Assembly: GCA_012295275.1 (NCBI GenBank)
Contig: CM022671.1
Span: 35,898,001-35,962,000 of the forward strand
DNA: 64,000 bases
Direction of reading: 5' to 3'
From: Chrysomallon squamiferum
Taxonomy: Eukaryota > Animalia > Mollusca
Shown here: one piece after another, positions 1-45,384 of the stretch
Numbering within the stretch: the stretch's first letter is position 1
Layout: each line of letters starts with the position of its first letter
The notes under the pieces: model-generated
What the model was told of the DNA's origin: nothing
The model's input: only the letters and a program-made list of their open reading frames with translations
Databases searched by the model: none
Position numbers and translations under genes: made by a program

Positions 1-605
1 TTAAGACGTATACGTTCTGGGTTCACACCCCGTCTGCAGCACACTCTTTGAAAGGATGCAAAACTCTGCACTCACTTTTAACTAACTAACCCTCTAACAC
101 ACTAACTCTTATGATGCTTCTAAGAGCATGCAGACATGTATGTATATAAATGTGTGTCTACGCGCACATAGACCAGCCATATTCGAATATTCAATGCATA
201 CAAGTACATTACAAACAGTTGATTGATTAATATTTGAAAAAAATAATGTATGTATATATGTAAAGTTACCTGCGTGAATTATCCAACAGTAAAATACTGA
301 TCTACCTGTGTCTCTGTCGCTGTCTACAGGTGCTCGGTGTGACAACGAGCCATGCTGGTGAATGTGTGGAATAACTCAGAAACGAGGATGTGAAATTTGT
401 CTCAGTGTGTTGAACTTAGACAAACACACGAAGTTAGACTGACGAGTACGTGTGACCTACATACCAGTTAGAACGGAGTCGTCACGGAAATACGCGAAGT
501 GTGTCGTCACGTCATCTGTCCATGTTACATGTTTTCGTTTCATGTTTTCCCCATTGCAGTTGGCACTGATATGCGAAGAAGGAAAAGTCAAACCAGAAGA
601 TTCAG

Positions 606-645
<40 letters not shown>

Positions 646-1247
646 GAAGAACATAATGGATGAAAGAGACAGAGAGAGAGATCTCAGATTTGAGAAGTGA
701 AGCTTTTATTTAGGATTTTTAGGTGGGTTTTTTTGGTTTTAAAAAACGTCGGCCAGTGTCCGTTGTAGCACTATTATATTATGGTCCATGAGAACCGTGT
801 GTAAAGTTTCTGTAGTGACTTTTCATAAAGTTATAGTACCCAATTTGTCATGGGAACCTCCCTCATCAGAAAAGCTGGATCCACCACAGAAATACCTGTT
901 TAAGTAAATAAAAGTTTTAATAGATATTAAAATGTTTACTAATACTCTTGCACAGACTTGTATTTAAAAGATATTTTATTCAAGATTTTAAATTTTCTTG
1001 AGAAAACGGTATGAATCAATACTTATACATTTTACGTTTTTAAAAGTTACAGAATAAAGTGTGTGTGTAACCACTAAGGATTTATCCTCGTGACCAGTGC
1101 TGGTAGTCAGTTGCAGCAAATTGTATTAAATGACATCGTAATGTTATCTCGATAAATGAACGATTTCAGAAATCTTTGTACTGATGAAAGCTGGACAGCT
1201 TAAAATATGGGAATACGTGTGCACTAAATGCGTTAGAGACAATATCC

Positions 1248-1257
1248 GCGCATGCGC
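1248..1257. promoter_or_regulatory. NRF1-type palindrome GCGCATGCGC
   Basis: Exact consensus in a CpG-retaining region. Confidence 0.5.
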
Positions 1258-2537
1258 TGTTTTTCTGAGGATAACAGAAAACAAAGACAAGAGTAAGATG
1301 AAAATAGTGCATTTATTCTGAAAAAAGTAGTACCAGAAAAAAACACCTAAGTAGACAATTAAAAAAAAAAAAAAGAAGAAAAAAGTCTTGATTTACAATA
1401 TTCAGTGTCGATCTTTCTCACTGTAACAACAACAAAACAGTTTTAACTTTTGTAAACAACGTCTACCAATTTACCGATAATGTTTTGTGTAGTCTGCACT
1501 TCCGTTTACAATATCATTATCAAACATTTGTTTGCAAACATGATCTAACATGACTAATGTGTTTAGTTCTGCTCAGTGATTTCTTTACTGATAACACAAT
1601 TACGAAACAGATGTTTTGTTTACTGAACGTAACAACAGTTAGAAGAAAAGTTTGCTGTGCAGATGTTTTTTTTTTTTAACAAATCAAAATACAATATCGC
1701 AATTATTTACTTATTTGTTGTGATGCTGATACAAACAAACGTTTGCCAAAAAAAAACCGCTTGATCAAACATTGACTAAATAAATTTGCTGTGTTTTCAT
1801 CATGTTTGTTACTTTTCTGGCCATTTGTTTGGTTGTTTAGTGAATATGACATCATCAAACCTACATATCTACGGTAACAAACAAAAAAAAAATGTTTCTT
1901 ATTTTTGTTAATATGACTAAACATGATATTGTTTGCAAACAAAAGTTCGATGGCATAATAAGTTTTACACATCCAATATTTAAAAAAAAAAATCTGTTAA
2001 ATTAAAAACTGGAATATGTTATTATATGTTACACAATGAATTATTTTTACAGTAATAACTTACAGTATGAAAGATTTTCTGCTATATAAAGATCTTCATT
2101 ACTGTACATTGAAATTTTCAGTGAGAGGTAATGAAAATAAAACATTTATTTAAAAAAAAAAACAGATAGTAGATATATTTTGATAGGAACTCTGCCTAAA
2201 TCAAAAAGATGTGTTCAGACGCTTCAGATCTTTCAACATGACTTTGGACAACTGAACAACAAAATAAAACATGAATTTAAAATAATACAAAACCAAAGTT
2301 AAAAAAAAATAAAGTTCTGAATACCTGCCCAATAGTGTGATAAAAAAACAACAACATACAATTATTTATAAACACATGCACCTTATTTCTGATAGTGTTT
2401 TAAAAACATTTTTAAAATGCCATTCAAACAAGACAGATCTTTGAAACTGGTGGGAGAAAACAATATGGCCTTACAATAAAAAAAAGTTGCTACAAAAATA
2501 TACCAGTGTGCAATTTGACATCATACAAAAAGTTTAT

Positions 2538-2583
<46 letters not shown>

Positions 2584-2751
2584 GAATGTACAACATACAG
2601 GACACAACAAATGAATTAAAACAATGGAAGAAAACACAATGAATAATGAACTGTTGACAAATTTATTATGCCGTAAGTTTCATTTATTATTGTAGTTTTA
2701 ATTACTTTATTTGTATATAAAATTTAAAACTGCACAAGGAATTTATAATGA

Positions 2752-2810
<59 letters not shown>

Positions 2811-4074
2811 TTCTGTTTTTGTAAACTTGTCTAGGCATGACAGAACTGATGTGTAAAAAGACTAAAATAATTTTGTTTACTGTTAAGATTCCTAATTTCC
2901 AACATTACCACTGTCATTAGGTATAACAAAAAAATAGTTACTTCAGAATCATGAGAACTTGTATCAATTTAAACTTAAATGTGTGTCCAAGTGTTACCTG
3001 TCAGTGTTGTCTGTCATTGGTTTATCTGTTTATTTATTTATTTATTTATTTATCTGTTTATTTATTTATTTATTTATGTGTTCAGCAATGCCTCAGTGAG
3101 ACAGAGAATACACTTTTGTTTGCAAATAACAACATCAAGTACAAACATACAAACATACAAACATACATACATACATACATACATACATACATACATACAT
3201 ACATACATGTAGACTGTTTAATAATAATACATGTAACTATAGTGCATAAGCATTATTTTAAAATATATACACAGATCTGAGATATGTTCCCTTAACACAT
3301 GAAATCAAAATAAAAAAAAATAAAAAAGTATGTAGGAAGATGTGGGCTGGACAAGAAACATCACAAAAAAAAAATTAAAATTAAAATTAAAATATATATA
3401 AAATAACAGTAATGATTGTTTTTTTTGTAAATACTGATAGATTTAAATCAGGAACAGACAATTCTGTTACAAATAACCAATGTAAGCAAACTGTATGGTA
3501 TATAGTCTATGAACTGAAGTTTAAATATTTTGTATAAAAATAAAATGATGTGCTGATTCTAATCCAGTCTCTGATCTTTTTACTGTTTTTAAGTTTTTCA
3601 TGTAGTGATTCTGACGAATAACAAATAAATGTTAATTTATTTTAATCAAAAACTTAAAATATAACAATATGTTAAAAACTGTTATTTAAAAAAAATACAT
3701 TAGCAAGACAGTTTTACATTCAACATCATTTTCATGTCCAATATTAACTCAGTTTATTAATTTGATTAATTTTAAAAATGTAGGGTCTAATGTTTGTAAA
3801 GAGCTGTTTTAGCTTCCTTGTTTTACAAGAGATATAATTTCTGTTTGTTAAAAATGATCAATATAAACAATAAATATGTTTTCCTGTTTTTTTTTTCTTT
3901 TTTAAAAATATCTGTTTTTATTCTTCATTTTCACTAAATTTTAAATATTTAGTTTGGCAAATTAAAAAAAAAATTTTTTATTAATAATTTAATAGTTACT
4001 TATTTATTTTATAATAACAAAATAAGCAAATAAAATTCCTCAAATGTGAATAATACAAAAGAAATGACAATATT

Positions 4075-4109
<35 letters not shown>

Positions 4110-4889
4110 TGAACATTTTAAAATGTTTTAGACAGGTAATCTCAGATCTAGAACAATGGTTGACACATATAGAAAGTTTGTGACTGTTCCACAGAAAATG
4201 TGTTTATGGTAGCACCATGCAGTGACACTGAACAGTTTAGTGTATATATTACAAATTTATTTTTAAAATAAGTTGTTGTCACACCCTATCCCATCAGCAT
4301 ATTTAAATATTTGAACCATAACTGTAACCAGTCCCAAGAATTTCAGGGAAAAAAAAAAAAAAAAAAAAAAAAAAATGGGATGATTTTTGTAGTATGGACC
4401 TAATCCTCTATAATAAGAATAAGAATAATAATAATAATAATAATAATAATTTAAATTTAGTTTCGTTCAAATTTTAAATCGCTTTTTAAATGGACTACCA
4501 CCAATCAGTCAAGAATCTGCTATCAGCATGTTAAGAAACATGGCTGTGACAGGGGAAAGAAAAGTAAACAAATTTATCCACAACAATTCTCCTGCCTTAT
4601 GGTACTCTTTCATGATGCTGGTCACGTTCTTCTGAACCATCTTCAAGAATGAAGAGGTTTAACACAGTTTTCATCACATAAAATAATAATTAAAAAAAGT
4701 TCTGTTTATCATAACACTGATACATTGTGAGGGAAAACATCAATAAAATAATGCATATATATATATATTTACAAACATATATATAAAACAAAAACAAATT
4801 ACCATAAAAGGCAAAAAAATATATATATATAGCTTTGATATTATACTTGTGTGTTTGGATATATGTAAACACACTCACACACAAACTCA

Positions 4890-4944
<55 letters not shown>

Positions 4945-5669
4945 CCTTGTGGATGTACAAGTTTGAAAAATTTAAAAATGAGCAGAATAGTGCTAGTAAT
5001 TTACAAACAACAACAATTTATTACACAAAACTCAATAACAAATACTGAGCCAGAAAATAATAATAACAATAATAATAATAGTAACAATAATAATGCTAAC
5101 AATACTACTAATAGTAAAAATAATCATAATAATAACAGTAATAATAAAAAATAGTAAAATATAATAATTAAAATCGCTGAATTTGGCAGTTCAGAAATAA
5201 GATTTAGAATAAAGGGTATGTTTAGACAAACTATAATTTAAGAACTGGAAAATTTGTTTCTAAATTGTATTTATGTTATACTATTAGAAAATCTTTTGTG
5301 TTAATAAAAATCATGGATTCTGTATAAAGGGACTTCCAACAGTATTGAAGATTACAATATTTAATTTACTGTTTCGGATCAGTAAAACTAATAATGTGAA
5401 GTCTTAGAGAGAGAGAGAGAGAAAAAAAAAAATCTTGAATTAAACATTGATAAATTAAAAACAAATTATAATAAAATTAAAATCATGTCACAAGTTAAAT
5501 AATATGAAAATATACATCAAATTTATTTAATAATAAAAATGTTTTAATAATGTATTTAATAGAATTCGATACTTAATTCGTATAACTGTTTACATATAAT
5601 TAAAAAAAACCCATTTACACAGATATTGCAGCTGTAGTGTATACAAGAATGGTATTTAATGTCTGATGA

Positions 5670-5708
<39 letters not shown>

Positions 5709-7384
5709 AAATAAACTTAATATGATCATTGTTATAAACTTTGGTAGATATTACATTTTGTAATTATCTCAAAACAATGATACTGCATTTTAAAATCTTT
5801 CTTCAGAACTTCCTTATTTAATAAGTGCATTGTAAAAATATTTTCTATATTCTAAATGTGTTTGTTTCTTTTTATTTTGTCTTTTAAATTAAATATTACT
5901 GGTAATTTCTTTATAATAAATTATTGATAATATTTATTCAATATACTATAATAAGCAGATAAAAAATAAAATAAATCTTAAAAGTGAAACACATTCATGT
6001 TTTTGTTTGTGAAACAAAACAATGAGAACACAATGAGAGGATGTGTGTAAAGTACATACACACAGTTTCGGATTTTCATACTTAATAAACTTGTACCCTC
6101 TCTGTGTCTTGAACCACTACTCTCTACTCAAGTGATGAAAAATAAATAGGCAAAAAAGTAATTTTGAAACATTTATTAAATAGAAGTTACTTTTATTTAT
6201 TTAAGAGCTGTCACTTTTATTTTAACAGCAGAAGTTACAGTTAGTTCAGTTTTTTAAACCAAGTTGATTAGGATTTGAGTTTTACACTAATGAAATTTTC
6301 AAACACACACACACACACACACACATTCTATTGTCACTAAACAATCTCTCAGCCTATGTACTTTATAGATAATTTTTTGAACCTTAGAACAGTGAGATTG
6401 TGTCCCCTTAACACATATGTAAATAAATAATTAATGAATATTTAGTGATATCCCATTAGAAAAAATAAATTATGATGTTAAACGTTTGTCAGTAAATTTT
6501 AAATGCACTAATGTTTTGAAAATAATACTTATTTAGGAATGTGTGAAATAATATACTTGTAGGTGAATATTTTCACTTTAGAAAACACATCATAAAATTT
6601 TGAATTAAAATCTTCTGTAAAAAGAGAAGTAACAAAGATTGTTTTGTTGTAGGCATCAAGTGACATGAACTTTATTATTACTTTATTATTAATTAATAAA
6701 AAATAAAAATAAAAATACCAGAAAAGAAAAACAACAACTGAAAATCAATTAAAACAATAACAACATCTATTCCAGATTATTAATTTCTAGTTAATTATGT
6801 GAAAGAAAATTGAAAATTTAATTCTGTGTGTGATTTGGCATCCATATTGCTTCAGAGTAATTATTTAACATGTTGCTACATACAATCCAATCTGAAAATG
6901 TTCAATTAAAGATAAATCTCTTTATAAAACTGATTCTAAGTGATGATATAATTTTCTGGAAATGTTTTAAGTTTTCTAAATTTTTTTGTATTTTTATAAA
7001 TGGTCAAAGAGTTATTTTTAAAATGTATGTAATATCTTTTTTTTTTTACACATTGGCCCTGGCAGTTTTTGCTCCCCATCACACTTGCAGTCACAGGATC
7101 GCAAATAGTTTTACTTGAACATAACGAACACACACACGTACAGATGGAAGCAAAGAGAAAACACAACATCATGTTAAAAGTGCAGCTTGCCCATGTATCT
7201 AAAACCAGGGATACATGTTTGTCTAATAAACTTGATCTGTCAAATCGGAGAACCATTCTTTCTTCTGACTCAAATACATTGTCAGTAGAAATAATCTCAG
7301 AAAGCTTTCAGAGGAAATAACTCTGGCTTCCAGCTTTCCACTGATAAGTTATGTCCCTTTGCCAACATGCGGAGCACTGCTGAT

Positions 7385-38882
<31,498 letters not shown>

Positions 38883-38884
38883 TT

Positions 38885-39000
38885 TGAAATAGACTACCTA
38901 ATAGCAACAAACTCACACATCTGAGTGACTCTCACTCACATCCATTCGCTATCACGTGACATGCAGGGGGCGCTGTCATCGAGATCAGTCGGAATACATC
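38885..39000 (-). promoter_or_regulatory. CaMKI proximal promoter region
   Basis: CpG-retaining zone; GTCACGTGA E-box (38952-38960, USF/TFE-type); CTCF-like CAGGGGGCGC (38964-38973); GTTGCTA half X-box just upstream of the ATG. Confidence 0.55.
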
Positions 39001-39085
39001 AAGTTCTAATACTAGCGATCCGCTGCAGGACGAATTCGATTTCTTACTTCTGTGATACAGGCTGTACAAATGTCATAATAATAAC

Positions 39086-39123
<38 letters not shown>

Positions 39124-40339
39124 ATTATTTTATTAATTTTTATTTTATTTTTAGTACCAATGACAATTTATGTCCTCAGTTTTAGAAAGAAAAAAAAAAA
39201 AGTATATATATATATATAAAAGTAACAAATATAGTATTTATCATTAAATATTTTATCAACCTGTTTTTATTTTGTTTTATTTTACATATTTACACAAGAA
39301 ATATAATTACATCTATTATTAATCTAAGTTATTAATAATTAGTGGGCTCTTCCATTTCAGTAATTTTATTAATTTGCATTCGTATTCACAAAAACCAAAT
39401 TTGATAATAATTAAATGACTTACAGAGAAGAGTACCAAAACCTTTCATAATTGAATTCTGGCGAGCTATTTTATCTGATTAGACATAATTAGATGTAATT
39501 TAAGGTGACCATGAGTTTAATATTCCAACAATGCAGCTATTTATCATTATTTCTTTTAAATTCTACCTCTTTCATATATATATAACTTTTTTCTTCTTCT
39601 TCTTTGCTTATTTCTTCTTCTTCTTCTTCCTGTTCTGGTATAAATATAATGATTACTGTTTTGATATGCATACTCAGGTGCCTTATCCGATTGTGAGGTA
39701 ATTTACGAAGAAGAAAGAGGCAGCTAATGCATGCATAACAGGATTATCTAGTACACGCATTATATTATATTGCTTCGTTGCGGTTCATTTATGTTACGTC
39801 ATATATCATTATAACGTACCATATTAGATCACGTAGAGCGGATAATTGACTAGCTAAACCGATTTAAAAATTACAGTACTCATACGTCAAAGATTCCATT
39901 CCATACAGGACTGGTGTGCGTGCTTGTATACTATGTGTGTCCGCACGCGCTCGTCTTTGCATGGTCTTTCTCTCTTCTTTTGTTTTGTTTCTGTTTTTAT
40001 TTTAAATTTATTTTATTTATTTATTTATTTATTTATTATTATTTTTTGCTTTTTTTAATTTAATTTTTCTTCATAATGATTATCTCACTATTCAATAATC
40101 AAAAAATTATTTTCTTTTTTTACTTGTCGTCTTTATTATTGTTAGTAGTGTAATGTTGAGTAATGTTGTCGTAGTTGTTGCCGATGTTGCAGCAGTAACA
40201 TTTGTATGATTCTACAGTAAAGTAAGCCTCGTAATTATGTTGTTGTTTTTTTTTTTTTTTTTTTTTATTATTCTTTTTTATTGAAGCATAGCAATTTCCG
40301 GTGTACACAGTTTTTTCCCCGTTTTATTCTTCATTTTAC

Positions 40340-40515
40340 GTTTATCTTCTTGGCTACATCTCCACGGATGTAAAAAAGAAAAGTTCATAATCGGGTCTTT
40401 GTTAAACAAATCGTTATGGTGAGCCGGGGAGAGGATTACGACAGTGAACACCTGAGAAGGTTTGATCCTGTGACCTGTTATCCCTGAGATCAGCGCAGTA
40501 ATCACTGTTGGCTGT
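40340..40515 (-). mobile_element. Degenerate tRNA-SINE head fragment
   Basis: GGTCACAGGATCAAACC (40459-40475, minus) is shared with the copies at 29645-29661 and 26000-26016. Confidence 0.4.
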
Positions 40516-41419
40516 GTACTGTCATAAATATCAAGTTTTTTTTTTTTTTTTATTGCTGGCACATTTTTTTTAAATCTGCATTATTTATAACCTACCTGAA
40601 CAGTTCCTAATTTAAATTAATTTTTTATTTACTTTTATTTTTATTTCTTATTTTATTTTATTTCATCTTGTATTTTTTTTATTATTACTATTATTTTGCT
40701 ATAAAATGTCCGTGTAAAACTATATTTAATACTTTTTATTTACTTTTTAATTGTTATTAAATTTACTTTCATGAAATCGGATATTATGTGGATTTTTGGT
40801 TGTTTCAACACATTATATTAAATCGCCCTGAAATGGTTTCCCTACAAGAATGTCGTCTGTATGAAATAGTAATAATGATAAAATAATCGTAATTTTGAAG
40901 GGGGGGGAAACTACTCCACCCACCGACTCCCGCCAAAAATTAAAAAAAATAAATAAATAAATAAATAAATAAAACAAATTTTTAAAAAGAATAAAAAAAG
41001 ATGTGCAATATCACATTGCAATACCAAAATGAGCTGAAAAATGTTCAGTTAAAAATTCCAATTATGTTTAATCCGATTGTTTTCTTAGTAACAGCTGAAT
41101 CAGTGCAATATCCATAAAAGTTAATTTTACTCTTTTTTTACCCTTTATTTATTTATTTAATAAAAGTTTTTAATGGGCATTTTGTATTTCAGAGTAATGC
41201 TTCGGGGTTTGTTTGTTTTTTTCGAAATTTTTATTAAAATAATTTGTAATAATCAAATAGATAAACAGATTACGATACACGAATGTACTCACTCAACAGT
41301 AAGGTCCATTTAATATGGTTGAATATTCATAGACCTCCAAATGCAGGCTCGAATTTTATTTAAACCACATTAATGTGTATCATTGGTATTACGAAAAAAA
41401 AAAAAAAAAAAATAGAAAA

Positions 41420-41700
41420 AAGGAAGGTAATGTTTTATTAATCAATTCACTCAGTACATTTTATTCATAGTTATGTGGTATCGGACATGGTTACTGTGTC
41501 TCACATATCGAGATAGCTAAAAGCGATGTTATCACAACAAGGACTAATCTTTTATTTTAATATGTACTGACCAACAAACAGATTTTTTTTTTTTTTACCA
41601 CAGCCTTAGTTATCCAAGCCGATGAGCACTGGTTACGTGAAATTACTCTGAGTACAGTAAGTTCGATCGATCCGACCGCCAAACGTACGTTGAACTATTT
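41420..41700 (-). mobile_element. Degenerate tRNA-derived SINE copy
   Basis: B-box-like GGTCGGATCGATCGAAC on the minus strand and an AAGGAAGG..AATGTTTTATT tail; resembles gastropod SINEs from memory, not searched. Confidence 0.5.
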
Positions 41701-41839
41701 AATAGTTTTAATATGTTTTTCATATACTTCCAATTTATTTTCATTCATTTCGCCACATGTCATCTTACAATTAACAATGAAGTAAAACAGCAAATTAATA
41801 TGCGGTTAAAATATCTGGACGCCGCAATTTTTCTGTAGT

Positions 41840-41945
41840 CGTGACGTCATTGCATATGTTTTGCCCTAAATCATTTGTTATGGCGTAAAATGGCGGCGAT
41901 CCATTGTTCTGTAACAATTATTTTATTGTCACAAAGACGGTAAGT
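41840..41945 (+). promoter_or_regulatory. Plus-strand promoter and first exon candidate (CRE, YY1 motif, donor)
   Basis: TGACGTCA at 41842-41849, AAAATGGCGGC at 41887-41897, ACG|GTAAGT donor at 41940; CpG-rich context. Confidence 0.6.
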
Positions 41946-42199
41946 CGCCGAGAACAATAAAATAATAACTTGCAAGGATAAAGAATATTTTAAGACCATT
42001 TACTGATTTTGCCACAGTAAGCTTTTAACAGTTTGATTAAGTACGTGGCCACATTAATATGCGGATTACATAATATTAACTTATAATAATAATAACAACA
42101 ACAATAACAATAACAGTAACAACAGTAATATCGCTTATGAAGTAACATTTGCTTCTGGGGCCGTTAAATAATTATTTTAATCAATTTATTTATTTATTA

Positions 42200-42241
<42 letters not shown>

Positions 42242-43084
42242 TAAATTATAAAAAAATATAGTCTGTATTAAGTTCCAGCACGAAATAGGATTCACGTTAT
42301 ACAAACTACCTCATTCATATAGCTTCATACATCCTTTGCGTAAAAGAAAGCAACAAAAAAACTCTAGGATCGATTAATTCGTTCTCAGGCTAGTGTCAAG
42401 GTATTTTTGGTTTCAGTTCATTAAATTAAAATAAGTTGATGTTACCGACTTAGACAACAATAGGAAATTTCAGGAAAGATAGACGCGTCATATGGGGGGG
42501 GGGATGATTTTTGGCCTTATAGAGAAGCATATGACAATATGTACCGTTGAGTTTTATTTTTTAATTTTCTTATTTATTTTATTTTCTTATTTTATTTTTT
42601 TTATTTTTATAGAAGCAGCTACGTTTATCGTTTTACAGTGTTCAGAGGGAAGGAAGGATCCATTTAATGTCAAAATTAACAAACCATATCTGTTAAAATA
42701 ATTCCATTGTACAAACATTCGTAAAAACATGGGATAATTAGTTCATCTGTTTTTCATTATCAGTCAGCAAACTCTACCAGCAATAAAACCTGTCAATTGT
42801 TATTTTTCAGGGTTAACTAATGTAAGCTAATAAATATTGCAAGATATTTGTTCTAGTGACTGAAATTGTGAACACTACAGGAATTACGCAATGTCGCTTT
42901 TTCTTTGTTGTTTTCTTCTGTGTGTGTCAGAATCACATGATAACTGAATTATAATATGAAACTGAACACCTGAGTTACAGTGTAACACAAAATCATAGCG
43001 TGAATCAGCTGGTTAAAGTTTTCATTTTAAAATAATCAGGTAAGAAAAAAAAAATTCATAATAATAATAAAAATAGTAAAAAGA

Positions 43085-43139
<55 letters not shown>

Positions 43140-44151
43140 TACATGATGGATTATTAAAACTGAGTTACAAATACATGGATGCAAACACATACAAACATGC
43201 AAACACTGGTACAACTAATTTTGTTATATTTTGAAGAAACTCAGAGACAACTTTAGCCTTTGTGACAACAATGTCATCCTGAGTGTGTGTTAATGATACA
43301 TGCCCATTGTAGAAACCTGAAATGATCTCTACAGCAGCTGACAACAGAGACTGCTATGAACACCAGTGATTACTTGTTACAGTAAAGTAATAGCTGGGAC
43401 GCTGTTTATTCCTCCTATGAATCATTCTCAAATAACGAAACAGGGGAAAAAAAACAACAACAGTTTATGTATTTTTGCATAAAAATCTTTTCAACTTAAA
43501 CATTTTATTTGTCTGAGCAGTTTTGGATGTTTGAATTTATGCATGTATCGGCACACAGTTTTGTTTTCAATCAACACAATTTATTTTTGATTAGTTTTAT
43601 TAATCTGTCTTGGGTTCACAATGCACTGAGCTGTATGCCAGTATTAAATTGGTGAGACAAAATGAAGTGATTACAAAGTTAATGTTGTTTAGCACTAATC
43701 TAATCTTCCACTGTTAAAATGGGCAGTGTCCACTTTGCTGTCACGTCTGTTTAGTTTTGTGTGTGTTTATGACTTTGTGTTTGTGTAATAAACAGCACCA
43801 GAGGAATTCCCATATCACCACTGATGTTAAACAGTCTTACACAGAAAAAGTAATGGTAAAAAGTGAATTAAGAAAACTAAATATGTTATGTACTACATAT
43901 CATATATAACAATTTATTCTGGCAAGATATTCCCCAGATATTCCCTGTGACTAAGAAATATTTGATAGGCAATATAAAGAATGGGTCTCATTACACTAAC
44001 AGAAGGTCAAGCTGGCTTATGCTGTTGTGACAGGATGGCTGTGTCATACCAGAAGTCAGATGATGGTGATGATGATGATGATGATACTACAAACATACAC
44101 AGTTGTGTATTAATGTAAAATAGTAAATAAAACAATATAAAACAGATTTTG

Positions 44152-44157
44152 TTTATT
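44152..44157 (-). terminator. Candidate polyadenylation signal for the dynein gene
   Basis: AATAAA on the minus strand ~1 kb after the stop. Other hexamers exist, so this choice is tentative. Confidence 0.3.
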
Positions 44158-45122
44158 TATATCACAGTCAGAGATTTCACAAATCACATTATACAATTTT
44201 TATAAAACAATATATCTGTAAATTTTAAATATACACACATATAGCTGACACCACAAAATAATATTTTAATATACATTTGTCTGTTAACCTTCAACCTTTT
44301 ATATATATATAAGTACTTATATTCATTACATGGACAGTTTTTTCTTTTTTATTCCATTTTATAAAAATTTATCACAAAATATATGCCAACAATTCCTCCA
44401 AAATAAATAAATACAAATAGACATAAAATTATTTAAAACTAATTATAGACATTTGGACGGAAATGTATGAACAGATTTTCTAATTGCATGAAGCATGTCC
44501 TATGTTAGTTTCACTGACACAGTTACACATTACAGTAGGATTTCCTTTGAGGGTTGTCTGTATTTGAACCCACAGCTGTTGGAATATCAAACAGAAAAGG
44601 TGAAAACAATTCATCAGAATGGAGTGATAAAAAGTTATAAATTGTCTATTGCTGAAATTTTGAAATTATAAAATTTTTGTTTTATAAGAAAGAAAATACA
44701 TATATACATGTGGTATATTGTAGCTTATTTTTTTGTCTTTATTTTGTTTTTCTTCATTTACTTTCAAACAGTGGATGTTTTTACACAGCAGTGAATGATA
44801 TTATGTTTGTATCAGCTTTTTCATTATTACTTTTTTAATACTGATCATTTACTGGTATTTAAAACTATCACAGATATAATAGTGTTTTATTTACACAACA
44901 GCACAAACAAAGAAAGTCTGTAAAAGTTGTTTTTACTATTCTCTGAGCTTTAGAAAAAAAAAGAAGTTTATAAATAATAACGTGTGTAAATAAAAAACAG
45001 TAAAAATCCTTTTTTCCATGGCAAAGGACATTTTTAAAAATGGCTGCCATCACTTATTAAAAATCAGAAAACAAAGTTTTTTTTGTTTGTAGTCATTTCA
45101 GATAAAAACAAATACACAGCAA

Positions 45123-45384
45123 CTAATCATCAAGACAGCACAAAAGAGCGAGTCCTCGTTTTATCCAGTGTCGGACAGGTTTGTTTGTTGTGAGCAGCAT
45201 CGCCATGACAAAGTTGGTAGAGTGACCGGTGGTGGACAGCACTCCACGCCGCTCGCTGGTCTTGTAAACTGGACACTTGTAGCGTTTCTCTGATGTGTCA
45301 ATCTTGTCAGCCATGTCTGGGCGGAGCCAGATGATGGGCATCGCTTCGTACAGGATCTTTGGCATCTGTTCGGATATAACACGC
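45123..45384 (-). CDS. DNAH12: Dynein last coding exon (...[11 protein letters not shown]...[10 protein letters not shown]...LLCCLDD*)
   Basis: Conserved dynein C-terminus; TAG at 45123-45125. Confidence 0.96.

Noticed and set aside
1170-1225. CTGATGA followed by an AAGCTG/CAGCTT stem (a similar start occurs at ~54160 minus)
   Set aside because: The conserved GAAA and a valid NUH cleavage site are missing.
42935-42975. C/D-box-like ATGATAA...CTGA
   Set aside because: Too short, degenerate C box and no terminal stem.
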